Source of the DNA: Isurus oxyrinchus
Taxonomy: Eukaryota
NCBI GenBank assembly: GCA_026770705.1
Contig: JANJGN010000024.1
Coordinates: 19,964,001 to 20,028,000 of the forward strand
Direction of reading: 5' to 3'
DNA length: 64,000 nt
Shown here: positions 49,508-62,484 of the stretch, piece by piece
Layout: every line of letters starts with the position of its first letter
Numbering within the stretch: the stretch's first letter is position 1
Notes under the pieces: model-generated
Told to the model about the DNA's origin: nothing
The model's input: the letters and a program-made list of their open reading frames with translations, nothing else
Databases searched by the model: none
Position numbers and translations under genes: made by a program

Positions 49508-50419
49508 TCTTCCGTGCAACAGTGGTGAGCTGGAAACAATGAAACATGGCGCCTGGCATGATGCAGCAGTGCGGTGATGGTGGGCGGGCGAATGAGAGCC
49601 CGCTTCACCATGGAAATGGCATGTTTTCCGGGAATGCATAAATAATGAGGCGGGTCTGGGATGACATGATGTGAAAAACTCCCATCGCAGCCGGTGGGTA
49701 AAATGTTGTTTTAGTGTAAATTTGGGAAAATTCTGCCCCAAGTCCCTTTCATCTATCACTCCCATGTTCATTGACCTGCACTGGTTCCTGGTCTGGTAAT
49801 ACCCTCAGTTTAAAATTCTCATCCTTGTTTTTATATCTCCCCCTATTTCTGCAACCTCCTCTATCCCTGAGATCTCTCCACCCCTCCAGTTCTGGACTTT
49901 TTCATTCCTGATTTCCTTCACTCCACCATTGGTGGCTGTGCCTTTAGCTGCCTAGGCCCTAAAGTCTGGAATTCCCTCCCTAAACATCTCTACCTTCTCC
50001 TCCTTCTTTAGGTCATTGCTTAAAATCTACCTCTTTGACCAAGCTTTTGATCATCTGTCCTAATATCTCCTTATGTGCCTTGGTATCAAATTCTGAGTGA
50101 CAGTTTTCTTCCTCAGAGAGCAGTGGAGGCTCAAGGGTGAGTTAGACAGATTTTTGATAGACAAGAGAGTCAAGGGTCATGGGGACAGACAGGAAAGTGG
50201 AGTTGAGACCACAACCAGATCAGCCATGATCTTAATGAATGGTGGAGCAGGTTCAAATGGCCAAATGGCCTACTACTGCTCCCAAGTCCTATGTTCCTAT
50301 GAAGCATTTTGGGACATTTTACTATGCTAAGTGCAAGGTGACACGTGGCCCCAACTTCAATATTTACTCTCTTTTTCGCTGCACACAGCCTTTTCATTTC
50401 AAAGTGTGGTACCGTTGAA

Positions 50420-51830
50420 AACTGAAGTAGGGAAGTTATGCTTCAGTTATACAGGGCATTGGTGAGACAACATCTGAAGTACTGTGTACAGTATTGGTCT
50501 CCTTATTTAAGGATGGTTGTAAATGCATTAGAAGCAGTTCAGAGAAGGTTCACCAGATTAATACCTGGAATTAGATGGTTGTCTAATGAGGAAAGGTTGC
50601 ACAGGCTGGGCTTGTATCCACTGGAGTTTAGAAGAGTGAGGGGCAATTTGATTGAAACATATAAGATCCTGAGGGTCTTGATAGGGTGGATGTGGAGAGG
50701 ATGCTTCCTCTTATGGGAGAATCCAGAACTACGGGCCACTGTTTAAAAACAAGGGATCCCCATTTAGGACCAGCAAAGTATGAGGTAATGCATTTGGGAA
50801 GGACAAACGAAGCAAGAGAATTCTCAATAAACGGGAAGTTATCGAGAGGGGTTGAGAAAGCTAGAGACCTTGAAGTGCATGTCCACAGGTCCTTGAAGGT
50901 GGCAGAACAGGTGGATAAGGTGGTCAAGAAAGCATATGGAATGCTTTCCTTTATTGGAAGAGGTATTGAATTCAAAAGTAGGGATGTAATGATAGAACTA
51001 TATAAAATGCTGGTTAGGCCACAGTTGGAACTTTGTGTACAGTTCTGGTCACCACATTATAGGAAGGACATAATTGCTCTGAAGAGAGTGCAGAGGAGAT
51101 TTGCAAGAATGTTGCCAGGGCTTGAAAATTACAGCTATGAGGAGAGATTGGATAGGCTGTGGTTGTTTTCCTTAGAACACAGGAGGCTAAGGAGTGACCT
51201 AATTGAGGCGTACAAAATTATGAGTTGCCTAGATAGGGTTGACAGGAAAGACTTGTTTCCCCAAGCTGAGGGGTCAATTAACAGGGGGCATAGATTTAAG
51301 ATGATTGGCAGAAGGGTTAGAGGGGATATTTTCACCCAGAGGGCGGTGGGCGTCTGGAATTCACTGCCTAAGTTGGTGGTTGAGGCTGAAACGCTCAACT
51401 CATTTAAAAGGTACCTGGGTCTGCACCTGAAGTGCTTTAACCTGCAAGGCTACAGACCTGGTGCTGGATAGTGGGATTAAAATGAGGGGCTAGTTTCTTT
51501 TTCATCTTTTTGGCTTGCACAGACATGATGGAGTGAATAGCTTCTTTCTGCACCATAATTTTTCCATGGTTCTATAGTTCTATGACAGAGATGAGGTGAA
51601 TTTTTTTCCTCTCAGAGGGTAGTGAGTCTTTGGAACTCTCTGCCTCAGAAGGCGGTGGAAAAGAGTCTTTGAATATTTTTAAGACAGAGCTAGATAGATT
51701 CTTGATCATTTGGGGGGTGGGGTAGGTGGGAATGTGGAGTTGAGGTTGCCATGGTCAGCCACGATCTCATTAAATGGTGGAGCAGGCTCGAGGGGCCAAG
51801 TGGCCTACTCCTGCTCCTAATTTGTATGTT
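50420..51830 (+). mobile_element. Nested CR1 LINEs: a younger copy (about 50770-51585) inside another CR1 tail
   Basis: YEVMHLGRTN...LVRPQLELCVQFWSPHYRKDI; host sequence ccatttagga|cagagatgagg is split by the insert. Confidence 0.85.
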
Positions 51831-52209
51831 TGGATGTTACATTTTTTGCATGGGTGCACACGTACATTACCATTAAAGCAGCAAATTGGAACATTCTGGT
51901 TTGCTGTGCACCCATGCATCTGTAGAGGAAACATTGACCTCAACTCCGTTTCTGGGGTAGGTCCATTCTGCAGCATGGAACATACCATAATTTATCACAA
52001 ACTATCACTGTGAGGGGTCACAGTGATGGCATTCCTAACTGACATACTGCTGTGGACAAAATCCCCACAAAATGCCCATATTTAAACATTTAATATAATG
52101 TCTATTTGTTCCTATGTTCAATTATTTCCTCCAAAAGTATACATTTAGAACAAGACTCCCTCCGTACATGAAGGAGACTACTCTGCATCATGTGATGTTT
52201 TTCTTTCAG

Positions 52210-52409
52210 TTCCCCCTGAACGTGACTCCACGGTCGCTGTGATTATAGGAGCATCAGTCGGGGGGTTTCTGGCTGTCGTCATTCTGATCTTAGTGATTGT
52301 GAAGTGTGTGAGGAGGAAAAAGAAACAAGATCACCAATCTGAAGATCAGAAAACCGAAGAGGAAGGAAAAACAGATGGCGAAGGCAATCAGGAAGAAGAT
52401 GGAAAGTAA
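52210..52409 (+). CDS. SCN2B: SCN2B exon 4 (transmembrane and cytoplasmic tail)
   Basis: VPPERDSTVAVIIGASVGGFLAVVILILVIVKCVRRKKKQDHQSEDQKTEEEGKTDGEGNQEEDGK*; TAA at 52407-09. Confidence 0.95.
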
Positions 52410-52441
52410 GGATTTCTGTCAGACCCAACTATAGCTCATAG

Positions 52442-52800
52442 TGTCAGCTGTGGCTCAGTGGGCATCACTCATCTCTGAGTCAGAAAGTTTGTGGGTTCAT
52501 GACCCACTTTAGAGTCTTGAGCACAAAACCTAGGCTGACCCTCTCACTGCAGTCCTGAGGGAGTGCTGCGTTGCCAGAGGTGTGTTTACTGGATGAGATG
52601 TTAAAGCAAGACCCTGTCTACCCTATCAGGTGGACGTTAAAAGATCCTAGGGGCATTAGTTCAACGAATAGCAGGGAATTGCTCCCGAGCAACCTGGGCC
52701 AATATTTGTCCCTCAAACAACATCAATAGAAAACAGTTTGGCCACTGTTGCAATTTGTGGGAGCTTGATGTGAAAGGTGCTATATCAATACAATCTTGTT
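52442..52800 (+). mobile_element. Deu-domain SINE
   Basis: Head tgtcagctgtggctcagtggg and family core. Confidence 0.75.
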
Positions 52801-52973
52801 CATTCCTTCCTGTAACCAAAGGAGACCAATGATGCTAAGCCTGAGAGATCAGAAAGCAGAGTGGAAGAAGCAGGAAAACTAATGTAAACTGAATTACTTG
52901 GAGTTAAGATTCCTGGCGTTGAGATTCAAGTTCATGCACGTTTTTTGCTCCAATCATATTTCCATTTTTGCAG

Positions 52974-52983
52974 GCAACACTAA
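52974..52983 (+). CDS. SCN2B: Putative alternative SCN2B terminal exon (K-Q-H-stop, then 3'UTR)
   Basis: Donor AA|GTAAGG at 52406 overlaps the stop; acceptor tttccatttttgcAG at 52973; the spliced product reads AAG CAA CAC TAA. Confidence 0.5.
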
Positions 52984-53394
52984 ACAATCGGCAGGAACAG
53001 TGAGGAAAGGTTGAGGCTGATGATGATTTGCCTCTGGCAAGAACTGTTGGTCTTCGTGCTTCGTGGGATATTAACGACTCGTCTCCGTGTTCAACCCATG
53101 CCTCTTCACATTAAACATGAGCGCTGAGATGATTCTGCTGTGCCGTGAAACCGTGCTAGCTTCGTCGTGCATGCCATCATACCTCCAAACCGTGCGCAGG
53201 TGTAATGCTAAAACATGGCAGCGCCCAACGTGAGCACAAGCTTCACACCATCGCTGTATCATAATAGTGTGCTGAATTTTAACTAGGGTTGTTAATTGTG
53301 CATGTTTTAATTGAGCAGCAATGATTAGGCCGTACATTGCAGATAAAAATAGTGCACACCCAGGCTGATTGCTGCATGGCTTTCTAATTCATTG

Positions 53395-54302
53395 GTGGGG
53401 TCATTTTAACCTAACTCACCTGGCGGGATTCCCACCGGGTGTAAAGCTGGTTTTACATCCCACTTAACATTATCCTCCATTAACTTCAACAGGGAGGAAA
53501 ATCAGGCGAGCTGTAAAGCCAGCATTACTTTCGAAGTGGTGAAAAGCTAGAAGCAATGGAGGTCCAAAGAGACTTGGGGGTCCAGGTACATAGATCATTA
53601 AAATGTTGTGAACAGGTACAGAAAATGACGAGAAAGATAAATAGAACGTTGGCCTTTATATCTATAGAGGCAGAATACAAGGAATAGAAGTCATATTTCA
53701 GCTATACAAAGCCCTGGTTAGATCACACCTGGAGCAGTGTGTGTGGTTCTGGGCTTTGTCTTAGGCTGGATATTAGTCTTGGTGAGAGTGCAGTATAGAT
53801 TACCAGAATGATACCTGGACTCTAAGGGTCAAGTCACAAGGAGAGATTGCACAGACTAGGATTGTATTTCCTGAAATTTAGAAGGTTAAGAGGTGACCTG
53901 ATCAAAGTTCTCACGATAGGGTATAGATAGAGAGAAACTCTGTCACTTTTCGCTTGCTGGGGAGTCTAGGGCTTTTAGTTGAAAAATCAAAGCCAGACCT
54001 TTCAGGAGTGAAACTGGGAAGCAATTCTACACACAATGGGTGGTGGAAGTTTGGAACTCTCTTCTGCAAATGGCAATTAATGCTAGATCAATTGTTAATT
54101 TTAAATCTGAGATTGATAGATTTTTGTTAATGAGGGATATTAAGGGATATGGAGCAATATAGAGTTAGGTCACAGATCAGTCATGATCTTATTGAATGAT
54201 GGAATAGGTTCAGGGGGCTAAATGGCCTCCTCCTGTTCCTGTGTTACTGTGCATCTAATCCCCCCTGTTTCCAGTATGTGGGTAAGGTTAAAATTGCCAT
54301 CA
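53395..54302. mobile_element. MITE (GGGTCATTTTAACCT / AGGTTAAAATTGCCA ends) interrupted by a CR1 fragment (53530-54245, +)
   Basis: Inverted ends flank a CR1 3' segment. Confidence 0.55.
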
Positions 54303-56179
54303 AGATTAATATTGTTGCTGACGTTGTCTTTTTTTTTACAAAAATGCCACAACATCCACCATAAAAACTTGGGGAGACTCAATGCCTTCATTGGTATGGT
54401 CAACAGGTTCTGAATGCATTGTGGAGTACTGTTCTTGTCCAACTACCTTGTTAATGTGAGAATTGGGGGGCTCAGAGAATGGAGGTTTAGACATGGTGAT
54501 TGTAAAATGGTCACCTCAATTTATCTTCTGGTGTCTTTCTCCCTTGGAAGAAGAGGGAGTAATGGCCCAATTTCTTGTGCCAAATTGTGGGTAATTTTGT
54601 GCAGAGAAACTAGGCTAATTTAGGAGTGGATCGCCAGGAACCATTTCCACACACAAAGGAAAACCTTTTTAACTATGAGCATGATTTATTGTCTCAAAAC
54701 CAGAAGGTACCACAAGGCCAACAAATGGTCAAAATTTATTATTATGGAGTTTTCATGTAGGGTTCCCAATCCTCCGGGAATGACCAGGAGTTTCCCAGAA
54801 TCAGGGGTTCCTATCTGAAGCACTGCCTCTAGTCTGGGCAATCAGTGATTTAAATTTCCCACTGCCCTATGCCCAGGTTCACAGTAGACACTGATCTGTG
54901 AGGCACAGTACATAAAGACCAACTGTTACCCCAGCAATGGGAGGCAGAAGCAGGTTAAACCATATTCATTTTAAACTGAATCATTTCCTAACCTTTCCTA
55001 CAGTGCTCATCACCCAGCTCCTGCTCAAAGCCATCACCAGCCAAGAGGCAACATGAATCTGAAATCAGACTGTGGGAACAGAGAGTAAGAAATAGGGACT
55101 CGGGGACAAACTAGGGATTGGGAGTTCAGGGAAGAGGGAGACTGGGCAATGGAGACTAGGGAATGGGAGCTAAGTGGAGAAGGAGACTGAATGGGAGCTC
55201 AGAGAAGGAGACTGGGGATTGGGGCTTTGGGAGATTTTATAGTGGGGGCTAGGGGAGTCTGGGGAATGAAGACTTTGAAGAGGGAGAATGGAGAATGGGT
55301 GTGAGGACCAGCATCTCCAGCAGAGCTAGAAGCAGTAGCAGAAAAATGGTGAGTAGGTGCAGCACTGAGAGAGGAGCAGTCAGTGAAGGAGCAAGTGGAA
55401 CTTCCAGGCCTTATTGTGGGTAAACGGAGAAAGACTATTTCCACTGATGGATGAATGGGAAGCAGAATCCAAAGATACTTGTTGTAAGAAACAAGAGGAA
55501 AGGAGGAGTAAAGTCCTTAGGCTGAGGACTATTAGACCATGAGATACTTCACCACATGTGGTCATTAGTACTGACTAAAACTTCATATCAAACGGAAGTG
55601 TATAAATATTTGATCATGTGATCAGATGTCACATGGTCAGACACCACATGCTCAGAAAGCCATATGGTCAGAATGTCATGTGATCAAACCTCCTGGAGTG
55701 CCTCCAGCCAGAGATGGTGGCCCTATTTTCCTGGTTTCCCATTGGAGCTACAGTGGAATGTCCATCCCAGCTTCTCTTTGACTGCCTTGGCAATATCCCA
55801 TTCTCGTTTGTATCAAGTCAGCAGGATGAGACTGAGTCAGTCGATGCGATGATTTGTTAGTCCACAGCTCTGCACCTCTCTTCCTTACGTTGCTGTATTT
55901 GAATATTCTTGCAAAGTTTAGTGCTCCAACTAACCTTAAACACTTCACCAGTTCAGGTACATTTGTTTTCTGAAACAGCTGTTCTAGATCCATCATCTTT
56001 GGGCTCAATTTGAGAGCTGTTCACAAACCAGACTGAAACAAGTCAAACTAAACATGATTATTTTCATTGACATGGGTTTGCTTCAGTCTGCTAGTCATCT
56101 CGAATTGTAAGCACATTTAGCCAGTGTCTAGGGTCAGAATTAGAATGGACAGGATGTATCAGAACGATAATATTTGAAC

Positions 56180-57100
56180 TCCAAAGGTTAAATCACGAGG
56201 AGCGATTGCATAAACTAGGATTGTATTCCCTGGAATTTAGAAGATTAAGGGGTGATTTGATCAAAGTTCTCAAGATATGAAGTGGAGCAGTTAAGGCAGA
56301 TACTGAGAAATATAGAGGGAGTCTAGGGCTTGGGGGCACAGTCAAAAATTATTGCCGGACCGTTCAGCAATGCAGTTAGGAAACACTTCTACATGCAAAG
56401 GGTAGAAATTTGGAACTCACTTCAGAAAACAGCAATTGATGCAAAATCAATTGTTAATTTTAAATCTGAGATTTATAGAGTTTTGTTAACCTAAGGTATT
56501 AAGAGATATGGGCAAAGACGGGTAGATGGAGTTAGGTCACTGATCAGCCATGATCTCCCTGGATGGTGGGACAGATTCGAGGGACTGAATGGTCTCCTCC
56601 TGTTCCTATGTTCGAAATGAGAAGAGACAATTGTCACACGGTTAGTTTTAGTTAAAATGGGGTCTCAGCTCCTGACCCTGATGGCAATGAGCGACGTTCT
56701 TTAACTTCCAGTTAGAATTGTCAGTTCCATGTGGCCATTTTCCAGGAAGCTTTATCACATGACAGGGATAGGGAGAAACCATTCCCATCGGCAGAAAGAT
56801 TGAGAAGCAGAGGGCACAAATTTAAAATAATTGGCAAAAGAAGCAATGGCGACATGAGGAGAAACTTTTTAATGCAGAGAGTGGTTAAGGTCTGGAATGC
56901 GCTGCCTGAGAGTGTGGTGGAAGCAGGTTCAATTGAGGTATTCAGAAGGGAATTGGATTATTATCTGAAAAGGAAGAATATGCAGCGTTACAGGGAGAAG
57001 ACAGGGAAATGGCACTAAGTGCATTGCTTGTTCAAAGAGCCAGCGCAGACACAATGGGCCGAATTGCTCCCGTCTGTGCTGTAACAATTCCGTGATTCTG
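56180..57100 (+). mobile_element. CR1 3' fragments (56180-56612 and 56760-57100)
   Basis: SRGHKFKI...QRVVKVWNALP; the first copy resembles 53820-54245. Confidence 0.75.
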
Positions 57101-58424
57101 TGAATTTAGGACCTCCAGCTGTCGCCACCATCCCCCTCCCTCACTCCGGTCATTATTTGTCCAAGACATTTATCTTCACGGTGCCCTGCTCCGCACATGG
57201 CCAATCCTTTAGCAATCAGGTTCCTTGTTACCCAAATGGATAATTCTTGACTAAAGATCAAACATCTTATTTTTTTGCCACCCATTTTGATACTTTTGTA
57301 ACTAATGAAAGCGTTTGAAGGAAACGAACATCATTTTTAATGCTATTTTCTTCCTCCTGGGTTTAGCTGATGATCGTGTCCGGGAGATTATATCCTTTAA
57401 TTCTCGGAGGCTCCAGGACCATCCAGGAGGAAGCTTCACTTGCTGAACAAGGGACTCCTGATTACTCACTTTTCTGAAACCGCGTAACTCTTCCAGTTTC
57501 TACACACTAATGAACCCCCACCCCCATCCCTGTCCCTCCTTGCCATTGCAAATGAATTCCAACAGAGCTAGCTTTTAATTACACTCCAAACAGTAACCAT
57601 GAGACACCTTCCCCAACAATCTAGCACGCAGTGACTCGTGGCAAAATTTCAAAAACATTTTGCTGAACAATTTAAAAAGGGGTTAAAGTATTTGAGAAAT
57701 GATACTGTTTTTATATCTTTTTCATGGTGTTTTCCTCCTTGGGGAGGTTTTCGGTACTGCCAAAGTTATATGAGGGGATTGTCAGGGGTACTGGATATCT
57801 GTTAGTTGTAACACAGTTAAAAATAAAGTAAATGTGATTGAAATAACATTTCATGATGTTCTGAAGTTTCTTGTTATATTTTCTCCCATTCACTCTCCAC
57901 CTGCCATGAAAGCACAAACTCTCCTTGGGCACTCTGCAGTGTCCAGGCTGTGCTTGCATTTGAGTCTCAACAGTGGGTATCACTTGGCTGTTTGAACATG
58001 GGGATATCAACAATCCAGTCCAATGCTGCCCTTACTTAATCTATATACACCGCCTACTCTCCAGCAGAGATGTAATGGATACACTGATCAAGAGCAGAAG
58101 CCCCAACTGGCTTTTAGCATTCCCTATTTAGGAGAAGCTTAGATTCCTCCTGGTCTGTGTGACTTAGAACCGCACCTAGACCCTGCTCAATGTACTGAGA
58201 TTAGGTTTGAGCATGAATAACAGACGCTCTGGCAAGTTGTTTGCCTTCTAGGTTCCAAGCACTAGAATTTCAACACAAACATCTCTGTCTCTCCAACTTC
58301 TCCTTAAAGCTTACCTCTTTGCTTAAGCTTGTAAACGCCTATCCTAATGATTCCTTCTTGGGATCCATGGCAAATTTTGTTTTCCAGAGGCTTGAGCAGA
58401 AAAACTAGCCTTACACCAAAGCAC

Positions 58425-58770
58425 AGTACTGAGGGAGTGCTGCACTGTCGAGGTGCTGTCTTTTGGATTCAATTTTAAACTGAGGCCCCCCCTGCCCTCT
58501 TGGGTAGATGTAAAAGGTCTCACAACACTATTTAAAGACATAAAATGGAGCTCTCCCCACTGTTCTGGCCAATACGTATCCCTCAACCTAAATCGCTGAA
58601 ACAGATTTTCTGGCCATTATTTCATTGCTTTTTGTGGGAGCTTGCTGTGCACAAATTGGCTGCCACGTTTCCTAAATTACAACAGTGACTCCACACCAGA
58701 AGCACTTAATTGGCTGTAAAGTGATTTGGTTTTTCTGAGGTTGTGAAAGGCACTTTACAAACGCAAGTTG
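58425..58770 (+). mobile_element. Deu-domain SINE, 5'-truncated
   Basis: gtactgagggagtgctgcactgtcgaggtgc core. Confidence 0.75.
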
Positions 58771-61700
58771 TTGTTATCGAAGGCCAGTTAATGCTCTTGG
58801 AAACAAAGCACAGCATAAGACAGCAACTTGAGAGAAATTGGTATTAAAAGTGGATGCGCACCCAGACTTGACTTTAGTGACATCAAACTCCCATTCTGTA
58901 ATACTAATTGAGGAGTAATTTGATTTAAGCTACTTAGTGTGTTTTAATAATAAACCACAACAGCAGGACTTGGGATGCCTGATCTCAGTAACATTTTGTT
59001 AATGGAGCCGTCAGAATGGGTATTCGAGTTGAGTTTCATGATAACAGCCCCGGTCTCCATTAGTGACCTATTACTAAACAGAAAGATATAAAATTTTCTC
59101 TCTTATACACTGAGGTTCAGCTATAACACACATTGTGTTAGACCCCAGGTCAGTGTAAGTCTCTCAATTATAAAACCCCTCTCTTGTTACACAACCATTA
59201 TGAGACCATTGTGTCCCTGTAGTAATTTATCTAAACTCCTTCTTACCTTTGCAGAGACTGCCTTGAGTCGCTTCCTGGCTGAGGTTCGGGTTACTGTCAG
59301 ACGCAGAGCAGGTACCTATTTCTAGACTTATATCCCCTTGCCCTCTGCGCTGGGCTGCAATAGATCTTGAGCCAAGCAACCCTCACAGTGCCGCATACCA
59401 CAGCAAAGTATCTGGACCAGTAAACATTCTGCTTACTGCAGCTTCCTACCTCCTGGCTCACTTCAAAGTGCTGAGTTTTTATTTCGTGGGTAACAGCTGC
59501 CTGTTCATGATATTTGGAAGGTGACAGGGTTGTGTGGCTCTACTTTAACACTTTATTTAAGTTGCAAAAGAAAATATTGGGTGCACTCTCTGGGCCCCTC
59601 AGTCGACTGTCTTCACCTCTCTGCCTGATTCCAACATAGTTGTCTGACAAGGACTGGAAGAAGCTTTCAATATTTAAATTGATGATTTTTTATTAGGTAA
59701 ATGTATCAAGGAATGTGGAACCAAAGCTGGGTAAATGGAGCTGAGGCCCGCAAAGATATACTTCAGTAAATAGAAAGGGAAATTAGGTCCAACTAGCTTT
59801 TCTCATTGGAACCCAGGACCAGCCATGATTGTATTGAATGGCAGAGCAGACTCGATGGGCCATGTGGTCTACTCCTGCTCCTATTTCTTGTGTGCTTGTT
59901 TATCTTAAACCAAACTAACTGTCATCTCCTTCAGGACCATATTCTGCAACCCCATCTACCAAATTCCCAACATGTACAATAACCCCACCCTCTTTCCAAA
60001 TTCCTCAACCCTACCTACGCATCTTTTCTCCAAACACTGTGCCTCCAGCAATGCAAGATGGCCACCGATACCCACTTGTCCGCACAGAAAACCAATTACA
60101 TCATTGACTGGAGATGCAATGCCAGCAAAATCCATCCTTAGAAAAGCTTCTGTGGAGATTTTCAAACTAAACAATTTGAGTCCCAAAACTACAATTGTAT
60201 TCAAAACTCTAAGAGCCCTGAATTTGTAGATTCCACTTTTAATAAATCGCTGTTATATTAGGTTCTTTACCGTCAGGTTATGTATGAACTTTCCAGATAA
60301 CCTAGTGTCAGGCCAACACGTTAGATGCTGAATCTGAGGATTATATATTCAATGTCTGAAGGCTTTCAAATTGATTAGTAACTGTTTTTGAATTATTTAA
60401 TTTGCAAGTACATTGACGCTTTAATATTTAGAAAATGATGAGACTACATAGAGATTTGCTACTTTACCAGATGGATGACCACTATCATTATAATTTAAAA
60501 ACACACTACCTTCATTTTTCATTACAAATAAAAATCTTAGTCTCATGAGTATCTAAGGAACTGAAAAATATAATTGATGTGAATTCTGATCTCTGTCACG
60601 CAAAATGACATCACAGAATAAAACAGTACAACTGTGCGTGCACCACATTGGCAGCAAATGCAACCTCCTCCAAATCCCTCAGTCCCTCTTTCTGAAAGTC
60701 ATCAGACTGTACACTCCAGTGCTGGTTCCTGCTATGATGGGACAATTGGCTGTGCCCACTGTGAAATCCAGGCTGATTAATGTTAATTCACATCTGGGAG
60801 AACCTTCTCAATAGCTTTAGGCGCTGGACGGAAGTATCACAGGGGCATAACTTTAGGTCAGTTTATTTAAAGTTCCTGATGGATGTTTTTACTGCGTTAA
60901 AGGTGCTATTTAAATGCACATTGCAGTTGGAATGGGGAGAAACCTTGACAAAGGCAAATTGTACAAAATCTGGAGGATCAAATTCAATGGGCCATATGAT
61001 CTTCAGTTTACCATTCATTCTTGAGCCCTTGCTACCTCGTTTGATGTCTGTTTTTTAAATTAAGTAATTAATGTTTTATTCATTGCTTCGATGATTCTAA
61101 TTGTCACATTAGAGTTATAGAATGACACAGCATGGAAGGAGGCCATTCAGCCCATCATGCCTGTGCAAGAGTTAGCCATTTAGTCCCCCATCTTTGCTCT
61201 TTCTCCTCATTACATGAGATTCAAAGAGTTTTTAAGTGCTTGGGTGTGACCTCATTGTCAGATTGCCTTCTCTTTGGGATCATTATTAGATTTTGAATTG
61301 TGTCTGACTCCTGTCAAAATATAAAACACCCAGATCTTGACTTCATAAGAATCTAGGCAGAGTTCAGCAAAATAAGGTGGCATAAATCAAAACACAAACC
61401 AAATGAAAACATCATAAAGGCAGGCACTCATTTGGGTACTTCAGATGTTGGATTTGTTTATGACTCATTAATAATATACATGGTTCATTGACAGCTGCTC
61501 ATTGGTTTTCCATCTGATGGATGCATTAACTAATCTCTATTTACTGCACTTACATCTCAGTTACAGGAAAATTGCCAAAGCTTGCTTCATGCAATTAACT
61601 CTGCAAGCACTGGACTTTTGTTGTTGAATTAATTTTGAAACATGTGACAGGCAGTTTTGCTGGCTTCATCATAGGAGACTGTAAAGTGGAGGTAGAGTTA

Positions 61701-62484
61701 CAACATCATAGCAATGGCATTCGGCCCTATGTTTGTGGATGACAAGCCTCTGCACTGGAAGGGAAGCATTGAAAAATTTGCCCTATCCCACTTGTTGGTC
61801 TGTCCTGTAACAATCTAGCCAGCCCCAATCTTTGACCTTTTAGGATACAGAAGTGCAGCAGAGGTAAAAGTTAGTTTGCTATCCAAGTTTAGCCTCTGTC
61901 CCAATTTCAAATGATTGGCCTGGTAGGGGCTGATGGGGGGGTCGTGCATGATGAGGCCAGGGCGTGTGGCTAAATTAAAACCTTAGAAAAGCTGGAAACC
62001 ATTGAAATCATCTGTACAATCAGTCTAATAAATATTAGACAACATGGATTGTGTCTCACCCACATCCTTAACTCCTTTGTTTAAGTGACACTGGAGTCTA
62101 AGTGGAGTGTTGAAAGCTCTACGACGTAGAGTACCTGAACTTCAAGTTCCCACACAAAAGACAACCAATAAACTGAACCGTACAGATTCAGAGTAAACCT
62201 TAGGAATGGATACAGTTAATTGACTGAAGGGTAGGAAACTTGCTAAAGGAGTGATGTCAAAGTGGGGGAATTACTGAGCGGAATGTCCTAGGGTTTGATC
62301 CTGGAGTGATGACTATTATTTATTTACATAAATTATAGGATACAGAAACTCAGTGGAAGACAACCAAGTTTGCAGATGACACCAAACTCCGAGGAACAGT
62401 GAAATTGGTAAAGGCAGTTCAAAAATCATAGTGACTTGAACAAAATATGTAACTGACCAGGTCAATGACATGAATTTTAATACA

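Larger units (their letters stand above)
44725..49738. mobile_element. Full-length decayed PIF/Harbinger transposon (5014 bp) in SCN2B intron 3
   Basis: TIRs GGGCGGAACATT / AAAATTCTGCCC; CAA target duplication at 44722-24 and 49739-41; two convergent genes. Confidence 0.9.

Noticed and set aside
50686-51471. Longest ORF (261 aa) as a host gene
   Set aside because: It is a CR1 ORF2 C-terminus, chimeric across a nested insertion
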